Shown here in pieces: positions 14,089 through 26,998 of a stretch of DNA of 64,000 bases. The notes beneath the pieces are model-generated. The model made no database searches. It saw nothing but the letters and a program-made list of their open reading frames with translations, and had not been told where the DNA came from. The position numbers and the translations under genes were made by a program. Source of the stretch: Spongospora subterranea f. sp. subterranea (taxonomy: Eukaryota); contig JAUGWO010000061.1 of assembly GCA_049724395.1 (NCBI GenBank), forward strand, positions 1 to 64,000, written 5' to 3'. Position 1 is the stretch's first letter. Each line of letters begins with the position of its first letter.

Positions 14089-14822
14089 ATGCTGGGCCTT
14101 TTCGGCAAGCGAAAAACGACGAAAGGTCGGTTGCCCAGCGATTTGCTAGCACAGGCCAAACGTTTAACTCGGTTGATGGTAGAAATTGTACGAGAACAAA
14201 AGCGCGCTGTTGATAAATCTATAAGGGGGCTTGAAAGAGAAAGAATGGGACTAGAACGTCAAGAAAAAAAGTTGATTATGGACATGAAAAACATGGCCAA
14301 GAAAGGCCAAGATGTAATGGCTGTTCTTTTAGCGTTGATATTAATTTTAGCTGAACTTTACCGCAGAAATCCGTAAGAATAATGGCAAAAGATCTTGTCA
14401 GAATCAGGAAGCATCAGGAAAAATTTCTCAACATGTGTGCCCAATTGCGCGCAATCAGCCTGCAGATGACGGAGGTGTCGTCAACCACAATGCTTGCTGA
14501 ATCCATGGGAAAAGTTACTAAAAGTATGGCCGTCCTAAGTCAGCAGGTGAAGCTGCCAGCGTTGCAGAAGATCATGAGGGATTTCGCCAAGCAAAGCGAT
14601 CAGATGGAGATGAAACAGGAAATGTTGACCGATGCCATCGACGACGCCATGGAAGATGAGGCAGACGAAGAAGAACAAGATGAAATTGTTGGGCAAGTTC
14701 TAGACGAGATCGGTATCAACCTCGGCCATTCACTTGTTTCCGCAAAAGTACACCCTCTTCCCGTTGAAGAGCAACAACAAGATAATGAGCTAGAAGAACG
14801 TTTGAACAACCTCAAACGGTAA
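14089..14822 (+). CDS. VPS2: ESCRT-III subunit Vps2/CHMP2 (Snf7 family), 3 exons
   Basis: REQKRAVDKSIRGLERER..LERQEKKLIMDMKNMAKKGQ...MAKDLVRIR...LPALQKIMRDFAKQSDQMEMKQEMLTDAIDD...VLDEIGINL...LEERLNNLKR (C-terminal MIM1). Confidence 0.93.
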
Positions 14823-15300
14823 TACAACGAAAGCATAGCTCATACAATTGTTAAGTCTCAAGGTTGTCTTTACACTTTGCACAATCAGCCAACTAAATCA
14901 GCCTAGGTTTACATTTTGTAAGGCTCACCATTGCCAACATCCTCACAGTTATCACGTTTACATGAGGGATGACAATGTTAAAACATATGAAGTCGCTTCT
15001 TCTCTCATTACAGACATGTTTTGAGCTTATGGTTGCGAATGTGCCATTTGGGCCTCGCTAGTCCTACGAACTCGATAACAGATTACAGATGCTGATGCTT
15101 TTTGGCGCCAAAGTTGACCAGGTGTACAGTGTACAGTGTAGAACACATTTTGTGCGCTTCTGTGTGACTACAACCAAACAATTGTGCGAGAGTGGTAAAT
15201 GGGCGTTATTGCGCGCATAGCTTGAACAGGGCAGAGGTTTCCTCCGAATTGCTACAAGACAGTTTCCGATTTTTCTTACTGGCCGCCGGCGAGGCAACTG

Positions 15301-16429
15301 ATGGCGCGAGCCAGAACCAAGGCAACAGCATCCGTAGCTGTACCTGCTGTTAGGTCTGACTCCAGGAATGGTCTTTGGCGACAGCAGTGCACTCGTTGGT
15401 TCCATGCTCAGCTGTTTTCGTAGGCGATGATAATCGATGGGTAAGCCTTGATAGTGTCGCCACGAAATCAGCGAAGATGATTGAAGTGTTCGATGCGAGG
15501 GAAGAGCTCCGAAAAATAATCGCAGAAAAGGTGACATTGTTTTCAACTATCGTAATATGAATCTGATACGCAATCTTGCCCAGGACATTCAATATCAAGA
15601 TGTGCTTTCCAAATACACCGCGTTGAAAGAGTCAACTATGGCTAAATTGAATAGTACTATTGACAGACTTAGTTCTGAAGCCTCCAAACTACAATCCGGA
15701 ACTGAGCCAGCCATCGAGCATCTCAGCAAGCAAATCGACGACTTGAAAGCGCAGCTCAAGGCAACTGAGAAAACCACAATGGAAAATACAATGTTGAAGA
15801 ACGAGACAGTTGCATTACACCTCAAAGGTAGATTGTTTACAATTTTTTTTGTCGTTTTCCAAACAGTTTTCGGAAACAGTCAGGAGCCTGGAGAAGAAAC
15901 TCACGGAAGTCCCTGCTCCACCTCCGGTAAAGGTTATCAGAGCCGACAACGAAACCGTACAATCTGTTGTAGAACTTTATCAGTGTCTGCTTGGCATGCA
16001 AGTTATCCCTGTTTCAATTGAAGACGGCACCAATACGTTCAAGTGCCGCTGCGTCGATCGGCAAACGCGAAGGGGTGTGTTTTTCACCATTTTGTTGGTG
16101 ATTTAGTCACCCGTTTCTTACTTTTACTCTGCAGTAGTTGAATTGATGATAACAACATCGGAATCCGACGATGAAGTAGAGTGCTGTCCAACAAGGGGTA
16201 ATTTCCAACGTTTGTTTCGTGTTTCTTGCTAACTAACGTGGAAGCCTTAGTCGACATTGCTGACAGCGAAAATTCTGATTTTCTCAAACATGGGCCAATA
16301 TTGTTCAATATTGGCGATATGTCTCGATTTACAAAGTTGGTTGTTGTAAAATAATTTTCCTAACCTGTAATGATTCTGTATCAATCTAGGAAATTATTGC
16401 AAGCAATTCAACAAACACCGACGAATTGA
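15301..16429 (+). CDS. Csm1/Pcs1/TITAN9-like monopolin subunit (coiled coil + RWD), multi-exon; start uncertain
   Basis: Long coiled coil followed by ELYQCLLGMQV...FKCRCVD...DFLKHGPILFNIGDMSRFTKKLLQAI, resembling the Csm1 pattern LY.LTG..I...F.C...FL...I.F......F...L. Confidence 0.6.
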
Positions 16430-16483
16430 TTTTATTATGGTCAACTTAACGAATATTAATAATCGTACATCAGAAAAAAATCA

Positions 16484-17583
16484 TTATAGCTCCCCTAAAA
16501 ACGTAGCAGCGATCACGTCTGTGAATGTCATTAACGTCGGTCGTTTCTTGGTTCCTCTTTCGACCCTGTTGCAAACATGAATCATCTTAAGTTAATCAAG
16601 AATATAAGATTTACCATATTCGATGCACTTTTGACATTAGCATTATTTGCACGGCGTCCGAAACAGTATCTGTTTCGCGACAAACTATAGGGGCTTGAAA
16701 AGCACCATCATGTGCCTGCAATAGAAACCCTTCAACAGTCATCGGTTGTACCAATGCCAAACTCGTGCCAATAACGCCCCTAAAATCTGAGATCGACAAT
16801 TGTGTGCATATGTTTCCATCGTCATCCATTACAGGAACCGCCGTGACGTGATGTGATAGCAATGTTGTCACGGCGGCCTGTAAACTGCTGCTAATATTCA
16901 CCGATATCAGCTTATCGGTAAAGTCTGCTGAAGCCGCACGAGCTACCGTTCCAACGGTTTTTTTAAATACGCTCTGAAGATGTGGCAAAGCCGAGCTATG
17001 CGTCACCAAAAATTTAACAATATCGGTTTGAGTGAGCAAACGGCATGTTCCCTGACCAGGGACCAGTGCCCTATGTACGCCTTTTCCGAGCATCTCACAT
17101 GCATAAAGTAGTGGGCGATCGCTTGGCTCAACCCACAAACATAACTGTAGAGTTGTTAAACCGAAGTAACTAGAACACAAACAATTCAATTCTGACCGAT
17201 TCGTCAGTTGAACCAAGAACTTGATTGATTGGCGTCGCTAATCGGGTCGTGAAGGGCTGATCCTGATGATGGAACACATAGGCCAGAATGTCAACAATTG
17301 ATGCGATCCCGATGTATTGCTTATCGCCAACGATCAACTCGACACCGCCTGATCCGATCCAGCCGCCTTTCTTCCCATAAACCGGTACTGACAGTATATT
17401 TCGCTTCCTTAACAATTCAAGAGCCTATACACACCTCAGTTTTCAGTGCACCTCATCGCGAACAGCATTTCGGATAGAAACCTCGGCAATGGTGGTTGTG
17501 GCCTGTACGTCGACCAAGGCGGGCTTGGTAGCGACAAGATCACCAACGACCACTTGAGGAATGTCTCGCAGCCATTGCGGCAT
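16484..17583 (-). CDS. Multi-CBS-domain protein (AMPK/SnRK1 gamma or Sds23-like), multi-exon
   Basis: MPQWLRDIP..., LRKRNILSVPV, GIASIVDIL, GVHRALV...LLTQTDIV, HHVTAVPVMDDDG...LSISDFR, SKVHRIW...TFTDVI indicate four CBS repeats. Confidence 0.85.
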
Positions 17584-18479
17584 GAGCTTTATACCGAATC
17601 AGATCCAATAGCATTATGAGTGACTTTATTACAGACTCTAATCCCTATACACTAGAACGACAGCACCTGAACTGTAGTGAGAGCGGTTGCGCTCTGCTGG
17701 GGCCGATGACTGTTACAGCACCAGTAGCGATGAGCCAATCATTGTTCAGTGAATCGTGCGCATTATCATCTCAATTCCGAAATATGGCTTTAACAATCGC
17801 CGATTTCTAACAGCAGGACTCTCCATTTCAGCCCATCGACAAGCCAGCATGCCTGTTTGGACGACGACATATTTGAAAAGGAGCTCAGGGGAACTTGGAG
17901 AAAACAATCGTTCACAGTGTTCATGAACTTTTCATTGACGCCATACATTTGATGAAAACGACACAATGGTCATCAGCAATTTTCCTGTCATAAAAAGACG
18001 AATGGGGTAATGTGTTTTTTTTTTCGGAGGTCAGCATTGGCTGAACTCTACAACTGTTTACTTTGGATCGGTACAACGCAAACTACAAAAGCCCTCACAG
18101 TACGTTTGTTCGTTGATATAAAAAAGTGAACATGCTACATCATCAGTCTGATAGCATTAAAAAATGAAATCCCATCAAACTATTCTCGCGACGAAATAAG
18201 AAATGCCGATCGAATATTCAGCCAAGCTCGCAAACAAGCACAAAGGCTGATCCCAAAATGCACTGCCCATTTGCGTTTCCAAAAAGACGCTGGATTAGAT
18301 CGCAAGATTTCGACCCATGAACCATGGCGCTTCCCCATCATGTTCCATTGCAGCAATTGACCTGGTACACAAACAAGACCTTGAGATGGTCCTTCAGCGC
18401 AGTCCCTCAAAGAATTTTTCTCCGAATGCAGTTTTCGTTCAGTCAGCACTTGTACGATGCTTGTGCGTAACAACTTTAT

Positions 18480-18860
18480 TGTAAATCTGATAGCAACATA
18501 ACAGCATCCAACAGAGGCTGTTCAACCAGCTTTAATTGAACCAAGTTTGCGCAGGCAGCAAAAATCAGCTGATGTTTTTGTCGAAAATGTCTGAACTGCC
18601 CGCGTAGACAACTGATGTCTTTGAACCGCTTGTTAACCATCTCGTGTCTTGCTTGCAGAATATTGAGTTCACGGTTGAGTCTTCGGTCCCTGTCCGAATT
18701 TGGATTGACTGGTGTAAAAAAAATGAACTCGCCCATCTTGATACCCTTTTGTCAGCCGATGGCATCTCACCGAAACGTAGTTTTGGAACTACGCAATGTC
18801 GAGCCCTGGCCATTCACCGCATGGGACGCCTCTTGCGTATTGTTGTGTATGTATATTTAG
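18480..18860 (-). pseudogene. PIF/Harbinger (DDE_Tnp_4-type) transposase C-terminal remnant
   Basis: GVPCGEWPGLDIA, a frameshifted ADK-GY, then DRRLNRELNILQARHEMVNKRFKDISCLRGQFRH...HQLIFAACANL. Confidence 0.7.
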
Positions 18861-18958
18861 GGTATAATGCCACAAACAATACATCTCGTGATTTGATATC
18901 ATCAGAATTTGCAACTTCAAGGTCTTTTTTGGCACTAGGTAAATCACTTTGCTGATGT

Positions 18959-19766
18959 TGAGTGCTGTTTCCCATCCTATCGCCATCAACAAGCCACTCA
19001 AGGCAAGAATAAGGGGGGAATATTATAAATTTAGAAATGCAAGCTATTGGCGACCTATCTGCGAGATTTTGCCAGAGTGGCTTGAATCTGCACAATGCGT
19101 GCGGCATCATGAGGACTAAGGTCGTCCATAAAGCGACAACCAAATTTTTCAAACATTGCAACTCCGGAGTGGCAGAACGAGATTTCAGTTTCTTGCAAGG
19201 CTGATCGACTCGTACAACAGACACATTTCTGGAAGTAGGAAGCTCATCTATCGTCACCTCGCATGCATGTTCGTAAACCTGATACCTCAAATTCAATAAT
19301 CACACTTGCGGAATTAGGCACATAGCCAATACCATGTTCGTAACCTCAAAGATGCATGAGAGTTGACGATAGATGAGCTTTCTACCCCCAAAATTGTGTT
19401 TCTGTTCCTCAATCGTTCCCATTTGTGGTGCCGATGGCTAATGTAAAGCCAATCTCTGTCGCGGGGAAACGAACACTTCGATTTCTATTGTACGAGTCGA
19501 TCGGTCTTCCAAGAAACTGAAATCTCATTCTGAAACTGCAGAGTTGCAACGGTGGGAAATTTTGATGGTTGTCGCATTATGGCCGATCTTAGTGGATAAA
19601 GAAACAGCCTCTGCTCATGATGCCGCTCGCCTTGTGCAGATTCAGGCCACTCTGGCAAAATCTCGCAGATAGGTCGCCAATAGCTTGCATTCTGAATTTA
19701 TAATATTCCCCCCTTATTTTTGCCTTGAGTGGCTTGTTGATGGCGATAGGGTGGAAACAGCACTCA
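18959..19766. repeat. Diverged inverted repeat (fold-back), arms about 18959-19270 and 19351-19766
   Basis: 18960 gagtgctgtttcccatcctatcgccatcaacaagccactcaaggc is the near reverse complement of the sequence ending gtggaaacagcactc at 19765. Inner segments also pair (agctcatctatcgtca / tgacgatagatgagct). Confidence 0.93.
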
Positions 19767-20545
19767 GCAGCTGATTGCAAGCACCAAGGTCGTTCCACGC
19801 CCCCCCGCGGCAGTGATTGTGGTTTTTGTGAAGTAATCGCGTATCGTGCCAAATTGACATGAGTCGAATTACGATGGTGCCGCTCTCGCTCAAGGTCAGG
19901 AGCGATTGTCGTCAGTACTGCACGTACAACGTCACATGACAAGTCATGAGCCCCTCAGCCAACGCTGAGTCGAACGCCAGACTGGCCACGACAGCCCTTG
20001 TTTGACGGGGACGTTCCCAGGAAGGCAGTGTGTTCACCGTTCCCGCGAGAAGGTTTAATTATGGGCGCCGTTGGTTGCAGACGCGTCTGATAAACGCGAT
20101 CAAATCCATGGACCGAACACGATTCCAAGTTCGAAGCTCACTTGGCCTCATTCAACACTGAAAAGTATGTTTTCGCGATATCAGTAAAATTTCGCGAACC
20201 TCACATGTATACTATCATCCACATCGAAACATCACACATTTTGGACACATAAAACTTTGCTGCACATTACAAAATATAACATGGCGTTGTTATATGCTCT
20301 ACCCCCTAAGGGTCTCCGTTGGACCCTTGAAACAAAAGCGGATATGGTCGAATAGCTACTGTAGGTAGGACAATTGAGACCAAAGGAGACTGAAAGAACA
20401 AAACCTGTCCTATGATAAATACAAAGGCTCTATTCAGTGTGGCGGCAGATTCTACATGAGAATCGACCGACCTAATCGAGGAAGCAGAACGGCCGACTCA
20501 AATTTACATCTAGTGTAGATTGTTATATATCGGTCATTGAGGATA

Positions 20546-21148
20546 ATGATAACAGAAGGTTCACATTGGATTGCGATTCTGATATTCCTATGGGCAAAAT
20601 GCGATGGAAGTACCCTGGACGGCGATACAGCTAATTTCGGCAGGAATAAGGATTGGGGATTTCCCCAAGATCATCATGTTTCGCCATCGCATATGTTTGC
20701 GACACCTACTGAGACCAGAACACCCTCATCCCCATCTCAACACAATTATCGAGCGCGACGTAAAAAGGCAATCAGCTCTCCTACCTTTCAAACCAGGGCA
20801 AACCAATCAGAGGTGCTGCCGAACGCAACAGTTCAGCCGACGTCATCAATACCCTCAAATGATCCCACGACGCCGCCAGCTAATTCTGCGCCATCGTCGT
20901 CACCAGTACAGTTAGAAGATAACGAGTCCTTGTCGACGGCGATTACAATATCGATCGCTTCTTCGTTGTTCGTGGTGGCACTGCTGCTGATAGCAATAAT
21001 CATGATCAAAACCAGGAACGGCTCGACCGAACACAGGGTGAGAAAACGATCGAATCAGGTTGTGTTCGAAGAAGCTCCGTATAATGGACAGATAAAGTCA
21101 TATTCGGCATGGGTGTCCACCAAACATAGCAATCGATTGGAGCCATAG
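20546..21148 (+). CDS. Predicted type-I membrane protein: signal peptide, Ser/Pro/Thr-rich ectodomain, TM helix, basic tail
   Basis: WIAILIFLWAKC N-terminal hydrophobic stretch; PTSSIPSNDPTTPPANSAPSSSP; AITISIASSLFVVALLLIAIIMI-KTR. No family recognised. Confidence 0.6.
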   Translation: MITEGSHWIAILIFLWAKCDGSTLDGDTANFGRNKDWGFPQDHHVSPSHMFATPTETRTPSSPSQHNYRARRKKAISSPTFQTRANQSEVLPNATVQPTSSIPSNDPTTPPANSAPSSSPVQLEDNESLSTAITISIASSLFVVALLLIAIIMIKTRNGSTEHRVRKRSNQVVFEEAPYNGQIKSYSAWVSTKHSNRLEP

Positions 21149-22050
21149 GCGACTAACAAGTCTATAATGATCAAAAGTGCCTCACGAAATTATTGTTCGA
21201 TGGACGAACCAATGGCAATTGAACCCAATATCAACGAGAATTGATTCATTAGCACCAATGATCGAACAGCCTTTACCACCAAATAATACAAAAACATTTG
21301 GCTTTTATCTGCAAACTGTTTCCTCAGCTGAGTGTTTCTCGCGACTATGACGAAACAATTGGCAGTTAGAAGGGCCCCGATACTCACCGCTGTTGAGCGG
21401 TACAGTATAGAGAGCAGGAATTCCTTTTGCATTGGTCCTTCTCTTTGTTGCCCATTATCACAGAGTAGGATTGCGATTTGATTAGTTCACCAGAGGACAA
21501 GTCATAATCAATATTCGCGACCTCTCAACGATAAGGTTTTACCATAGAATTTATTTTTCAAATTATCAAATATACTACCGAGAAGACTTTTTCGATCGTG
21601 TTGCTGGAATTATGAATGATCCTCATCATGACACGACATGATCAACGTCTAGCTACGATCACGAGGTGATTATGAGGGTGCGGTTGTCAATGGCTGGCGG
21701 AAACATCGAAGAGGAAACAAAAACGACCAAAATGTGGCACAGTTGGCGACACGTGCCGCAATTTTACCGACTCTGGGAGTTACTCTCATTATTATGTGTT
21801 ATTTATTGTGTTACCCTGATGTTTGCTGGGGGGTCAGTGAGGAGTCGGTATTTCCGGTAACATGTCGGACTTATGAGGTATGGCATGGCCGGCATGGGTT
21901 ACTGTTACACTGGACGAGGGGACCTGTATATCCACTTGCTCCAACCCACGTCACGATACCCATCAACGTCCCTGCCGCCTGCGATTACCGTCACGATCAG
22001 GTTTTTCGCCATTTCACCCATTTGCTCTGATTCAGTGACTCCCTTCAGTA

Positions 22051-22836
22051 ATGGGTCGATGCCGTCTTTGGTGTGCTGTTATTCTGTTCTCGGTTCTCTG
22101 GATTCACGATGGCGCAGCCATTGGTCCCGAGGAAGCGCTACCCGAATTATCTGCAATCCTTCTTTCTCCAGCCCAAGAAAATGCTTCGCCTGAGAATCCC
22201 CCTCTTCCTCCTCTTGCCCAAGTACAAGCGTCATCTGAAACTCTCCACCACACCTATCAAACCGTGGTTGGTCTTTCCGTTGTCCTTGCGGGTCCCACTG
22301 ATGGGAAGAATGTTCTCACCCGTTTTGCTGAAAGCGCCACAAACCTTGCGAAAAATTTGAAGAACTATGGGGTACAATGATCCTGTCAGCAACATTACCA
22401 CCTTCAAGTCAAGCTCTGTTCTAAGATTAAACTGTCCAGTATATATCGCATTGATGTTATTGGCCGCCAATTTATATATAACCCCATTAGCATTGACCTT
22501 TTTGTTATCACAGAGGGGTCTAATTTTCCATTAGACTCATAAACCATTTTCAAACACATTTCAATGAAGTCCAGATTGCTTGATTCGTCAGGAAAGCAGA
22601 AGAACCCCGAATTTGCTGGCTGTGTGATGCCGATTGACACAGAAATCTCGTTGGACAGTTACTTCAGCTATCTGACATCTGTAAACTCGCTGAGAATTTC
22701 AAGAATTGACCAATATTGGTCAGCAGTCTTTTACCTATCTGAATTAGGTAATCTCATACATGGCACCCTCGCATCGCTCGAGTCACGTTCGAACGTGATC
22801 GCTCAATTGCAAGATGTTTCGTACTGTCGAATTTGA
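22051..22836 (+). pseudogene. Secreted-protein (effector-like) reading frame interrupted by in-frame stops
   Basis: Signal peptide MGRCRLWCAVILFSVLWIHDGAA. The same frame continues through TGA 22378-22380 and TAA 22540-22542 into ORF 22564-22836. Confidence 0.5.
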
Positions 22837-23129
22837 AACCCTCGATCGTGTTGAAAGTGTAAACGCAACTGATGGATGATTATACGCCCTTTTGAACAAT
22901 GCAGGAGACCAGGATGAGCATCGGGGAGCGCGATAATGCATGCTGGATTTAGCGATGGCAATATCACAAACAATGTTTGTTGAGCTAGGCGGCCACTGCA
23001 ATAATCGTTGCTATTAAGGAGACTCCCGCCCCTCCGTTATTTACACTCATCAGAGAAGGGACCGTAAGAACCAGAACCGGATCCTTTTACAGTGGTTATC
23101 ATGGTCCAGATATTGACAGTCAATCCTGG

Positions 23130-24145
23130 ATATTGTCAACCCATGAACTGCTCAAGGTTCTATTGGTTATTCCTTCCCAGTATTGGGTCAGGCGGTTCGT
23201 ATGATCAATCCATGAAACACACATTTCCACAGAGCAGTTAAAAAAGAGGACAATCAAACTAGATTACTTTCCGGCGATCGAGTATCCCTGATTTCGTCAC
23301 TGACTTTCGGCACCATTAGAACTTTGTCGTGTTGATGGGTTTGGCCAATAGAGTCCGCGATCATCTGGCTAGCCGGAAAGTGATCTAATTTGATAGCCCC
23401 CTTTCCTAACTACCCCCTGGAAAAATGGGAACTTGATATCGATAAGAAACACATCCTGGAGTTCCCGCACACCGCCAAGGCATCCTCGGCTGTCATCAAA
23501 CAAGTTACCGGGTACTCGGGCTGGTCTCCGCCTAGCCCAACTCGTTGTCATTGTCATCACACAATCCTGTCACAATTGCCATCACCGCAATCGTTGATTG
23601 ACGAGTATCAGTGTCGTCCCCAATCACTATCGGAGGAGGCGCCCATCCTGGGGTTTTGCGCCTCGGGAATAAACGAACCCCCAACTTTTGTGTACAAGAC
23701 AAATATTGAAGCACTCGTTTGGCAGCCGTCCTGATCCGAAACTAGTTGTGTATTTGCACCACGTTCCAACCGAGTTCAATATATCCGGTCGTGTGTGAGT
23801 AGCGATGTAGAGTTCAGGGCTCCGACCAGACTCCCAATATGGGGTAGTTTTCATCTTGGCGCGCTCCTCCGTATCTTTGAGGCCCATCCTCCTGTTCAGG
23901 TAGTATCCTGGTTGGTGACGGGTCTTTGTTGGTTTGCAGGAAATCAGATTAAACTGCATCATCGACTCTCCAATGGTTCAGCGAAACGGTGCCGATTATA
24001 ATAAGTGCCATTCATCCCTAGCACCTGCGTCGGCTGGTCAATATCAGTGATTTGGAACTCAGCCGTCCGCCCGGTCACGATTCGTTGACGTAATTTGTCA
24101 TCATTACGCGCCAATATCATGTCGTCCACGTATAATCGCCCACTC
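23130..24145 (-). mobile_element. Degenerate Ty1/copia RT-RNase H remnant, partly inverted
   Basis: Minus strand reads LYVDDMILA (YVDD at 24121-24132), LYIATHTRPDI, SDSDW and AEY. An RNase H end-like HFHRAVKKRTIKLDY lies on the plus strand at about 23220-23270. Confidence 0.8.
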
Positions 24146-24273
24146 AGGATCGAGAAATCGTGTAATTTCCTGTGGCGCTACATGCGCATGGGTAAACTGA
24201 TGGCGGTCGGCGGACGGGGTTGTTTTTGCGTGGCGGACTTTGGGGCTACATCGACCAGACTGAGACGTCGAAG

Positions 24274-26402
24274 ATGGTGTCGCCATGTTCCCGGTGCTCC
24301 TTGAGCCCGGCTCAGATCCGGCGCCCGCGTAATGGGAGTTGCGTGTGCGCCCCTTGTTTCTTCCTGCTGTTCGAGGGTGAAATCCACGAGACCATCACAC
24401 AAAATAACTTGTTCCAGCGCGGGGATCGGATCGCCATCGGAGCCAGTGGTGGAAAAGGTCGATCCAAACATCATTGCATCAGATTCATAGAGTAGAACAT
24501 GTGTCGTTGTACAAATCGCTGTCTATTCTTTTGAAGACCACAGTTTCTATTGACCAAAGTTCGTTTATCCGTTTGCTTTATCGCATAGCGAACCGTGCTA
24601 GGTTTTTGGGCATGGTGCTGATATCATCTTGATTTCAGACTCGACTGTGCTCATTCACGTTATGACCGCTTTGAATAAACGATATGACTATGGTCTCGAT
24701 CTTGTACTGCTTTCCATTGACGAAGGGATCCGCGGGTAATATTTCACAGAAAACCTGGTTTTATCTGTAAATCCTTTTTGAGGCACTTTGCCGTTTATGA
24801 GTCCGATTCACTGCTTTGCCAATGTATCAATTTGGTTATCATCGTTCTAGGTGTCTCTGAACTGATATTTTCCATTCTTTGCGATAGGTATCGCGATGAT
24901 TCGTTGGCCACTGTGCACCGAAACAAGGTCGAATACGGGTTGCCGCTCGAGGTCTGTGCGTTTACTGATAACATGCCACTCGGCACATCTTCTTCAATGT
25001 TCTTGTCGCACACTCGTGCTTCGAATGCAGTTATCGATTTGTTTTCATTCGTGTTCATCTTTGGCCAATTACGCTCCTATTTTGGAGTATAATTATTTGC
25101 CATTATGATTCGTAATCAGCTCATTCCCATGTGTTGTTGTGTTCAGATCCTCTCATATCGTGATCTGTATGGGTGGACGATGGATGATGTTGTCGGCGAG
25201 ATTGGTTTACGATCCAACTGCACATTCTGGTAAAAAGTCCACTTGTCGTTGTGCATTCGCGTACTCATTATCACGTTTATATTGACTGTAAACGATTAGC
25301 GGTGTGTTCAGACGGCAGGTAAATCTCAAACATTTAATAATATACCTGTTCCTTTTATTACCTTGTGCTTTATGTCAGAACTTTCCATTTTCCCGTGTTG
25401 TTTACATTCTCTAATGTGATGGTTGATTAGGCACTGGATCGCGGTGCTGCTCGTATAGGTGCATCGAAAATCGTAACTGGACATAATGCTGACGATGTCG
25501 CTGAGACGGTCTTGATGAACCTTCTTCGTGGCGATATTGCTCGTTTAGGTATCATCTTACCTCATGCGGTTTTTTGTCTGATCCGACTCTTTCTGTTGCG
25601 ATTTCTCAATGTTATCTACGCTCTCACTGCCTTGTTGGAAGATCGCATAAATTTCAGTCTTCCCCATGTTGCGGTTGACATTATTTGTTTTGTGTTGGAT
25701 TCACAACGTTATTGCTGTCAGGTCGGTGTGCTGATATTGTCACCGGAGCTGGATCTGCTGTGTCCCGATCAAAGCCATTCAAGTACGCGTATGAAAAAGA
25801 AATCGTCTTGTACGCGTATCTAAAAAAACTCGACTATTTTTCTACAGAGATGCACATATTCACCCCAAGCTTACAGAGGTATATCCACCTATCTCTATAC
25901 CCCCAAACCAATCCGTCTCATTTACTTGTCCAGGGTATGCGCGGGAATATATTAAAAATCTCGAGCGATGTGATTCATCGACCATTATCAACATCATCCA
26001 CGCCGCCGAACAGTTCAAAGTTGTAGAAACCGAGAAAGCTAAGCAAACTGTACCCAGAATCCTATATATATATATATGAAGTCGTGCCGATAATTGAACG
26101 ATTTCTGACAGATTGTGCCCTGTAGCCATTGCGGCTACATGACGTCGTCGACGATCTGCAAAGCGTGCGAGTTCGTGGACGGTCTGAACAGGGGTCGGGC
26201 CAAGGAAGCGCTATGCAGTCACCGCCAGACCAGACGTGCCAATGACCAAGGGTTGCAGCAGTCCGGCGGTAACGGGATGGGATCTGGCGCCACCTCGGCC
26301 GTCGTTGGCGTTACCGGTGACGGTACGATCGACCCTGTTCGTGTTACAGGTGACGGGCTGCTGGCCGGTATCGTGGCAAGGGGTCAACCACTGGATTGGT
26401 GA
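24274..26402 (+). CDS. CTU1: Cytoplasmic tRNA 2-thiolation protein 1, multi-exon, one apparent 1-nt frameshift
   Basis: CxxC motifs, [11 protein letters not shown]-loop [88 protein letters not shown]. Confidence 0.95.
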
Positions 26403-26998
26403 TGGGCAAAACGTGTCCCCCACCCCTTTATTGTCCTTTATTTAACTCAAAATTCGCTATTTGATCTACAATCGCACCGTTATTATAAATATCCGGGAAT
26501 CAATCGTAAAGCGTCGACATCATGATCGTGCATATGAACTGGGTAGCCTAGGCAATTTGCAACCAGACTAGATTTCTGTAAACGCAGAAGATTCATACGT
26601 TTGGGTCCAAGTTTTCGATATGAACCGGGTTATTTGTCAAAACCAGCCAATCGATGACCTGCTTTACCAACGCGAATGCACAGCTCGACATATTGTCCTA
26701 TCAGGCTCCTGCGTTGAAAACGGTGAATCTGTTTTCAGTCGAGCACGTGAACTAGACCGTATCATCACAGTATTGTTCTTCTTTACAACAATCACTGATT
26801 TCCTTCAACCAAAGTACTCAAAGCTGATGACTTGAACCAATTGGGGTTCAATATCGTTCAGATACAGTGTTGAGACCACCTCTATAGGTGATCCGAACCG
26901 ACTGGAGCTTGACCGGGTTCCCATCGTCATTCAAACACAGAGATGATTTCCAACATGGTGCTCTCAATGATATTATCGGGATTAAAACAAGCGGTTTA

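Noticed and set aside
17840..18470. Possible Tc1/mariner relic (RVQPMLT..., VNEKF)
   Set aside because: Only two weak, frameshifted motif echoes and no TIR or TA TSD found.
21190..21432. 80-aa hydrophobic minus-strand ORF
   Set aside because: Short, no family motif, insufficient evidence.
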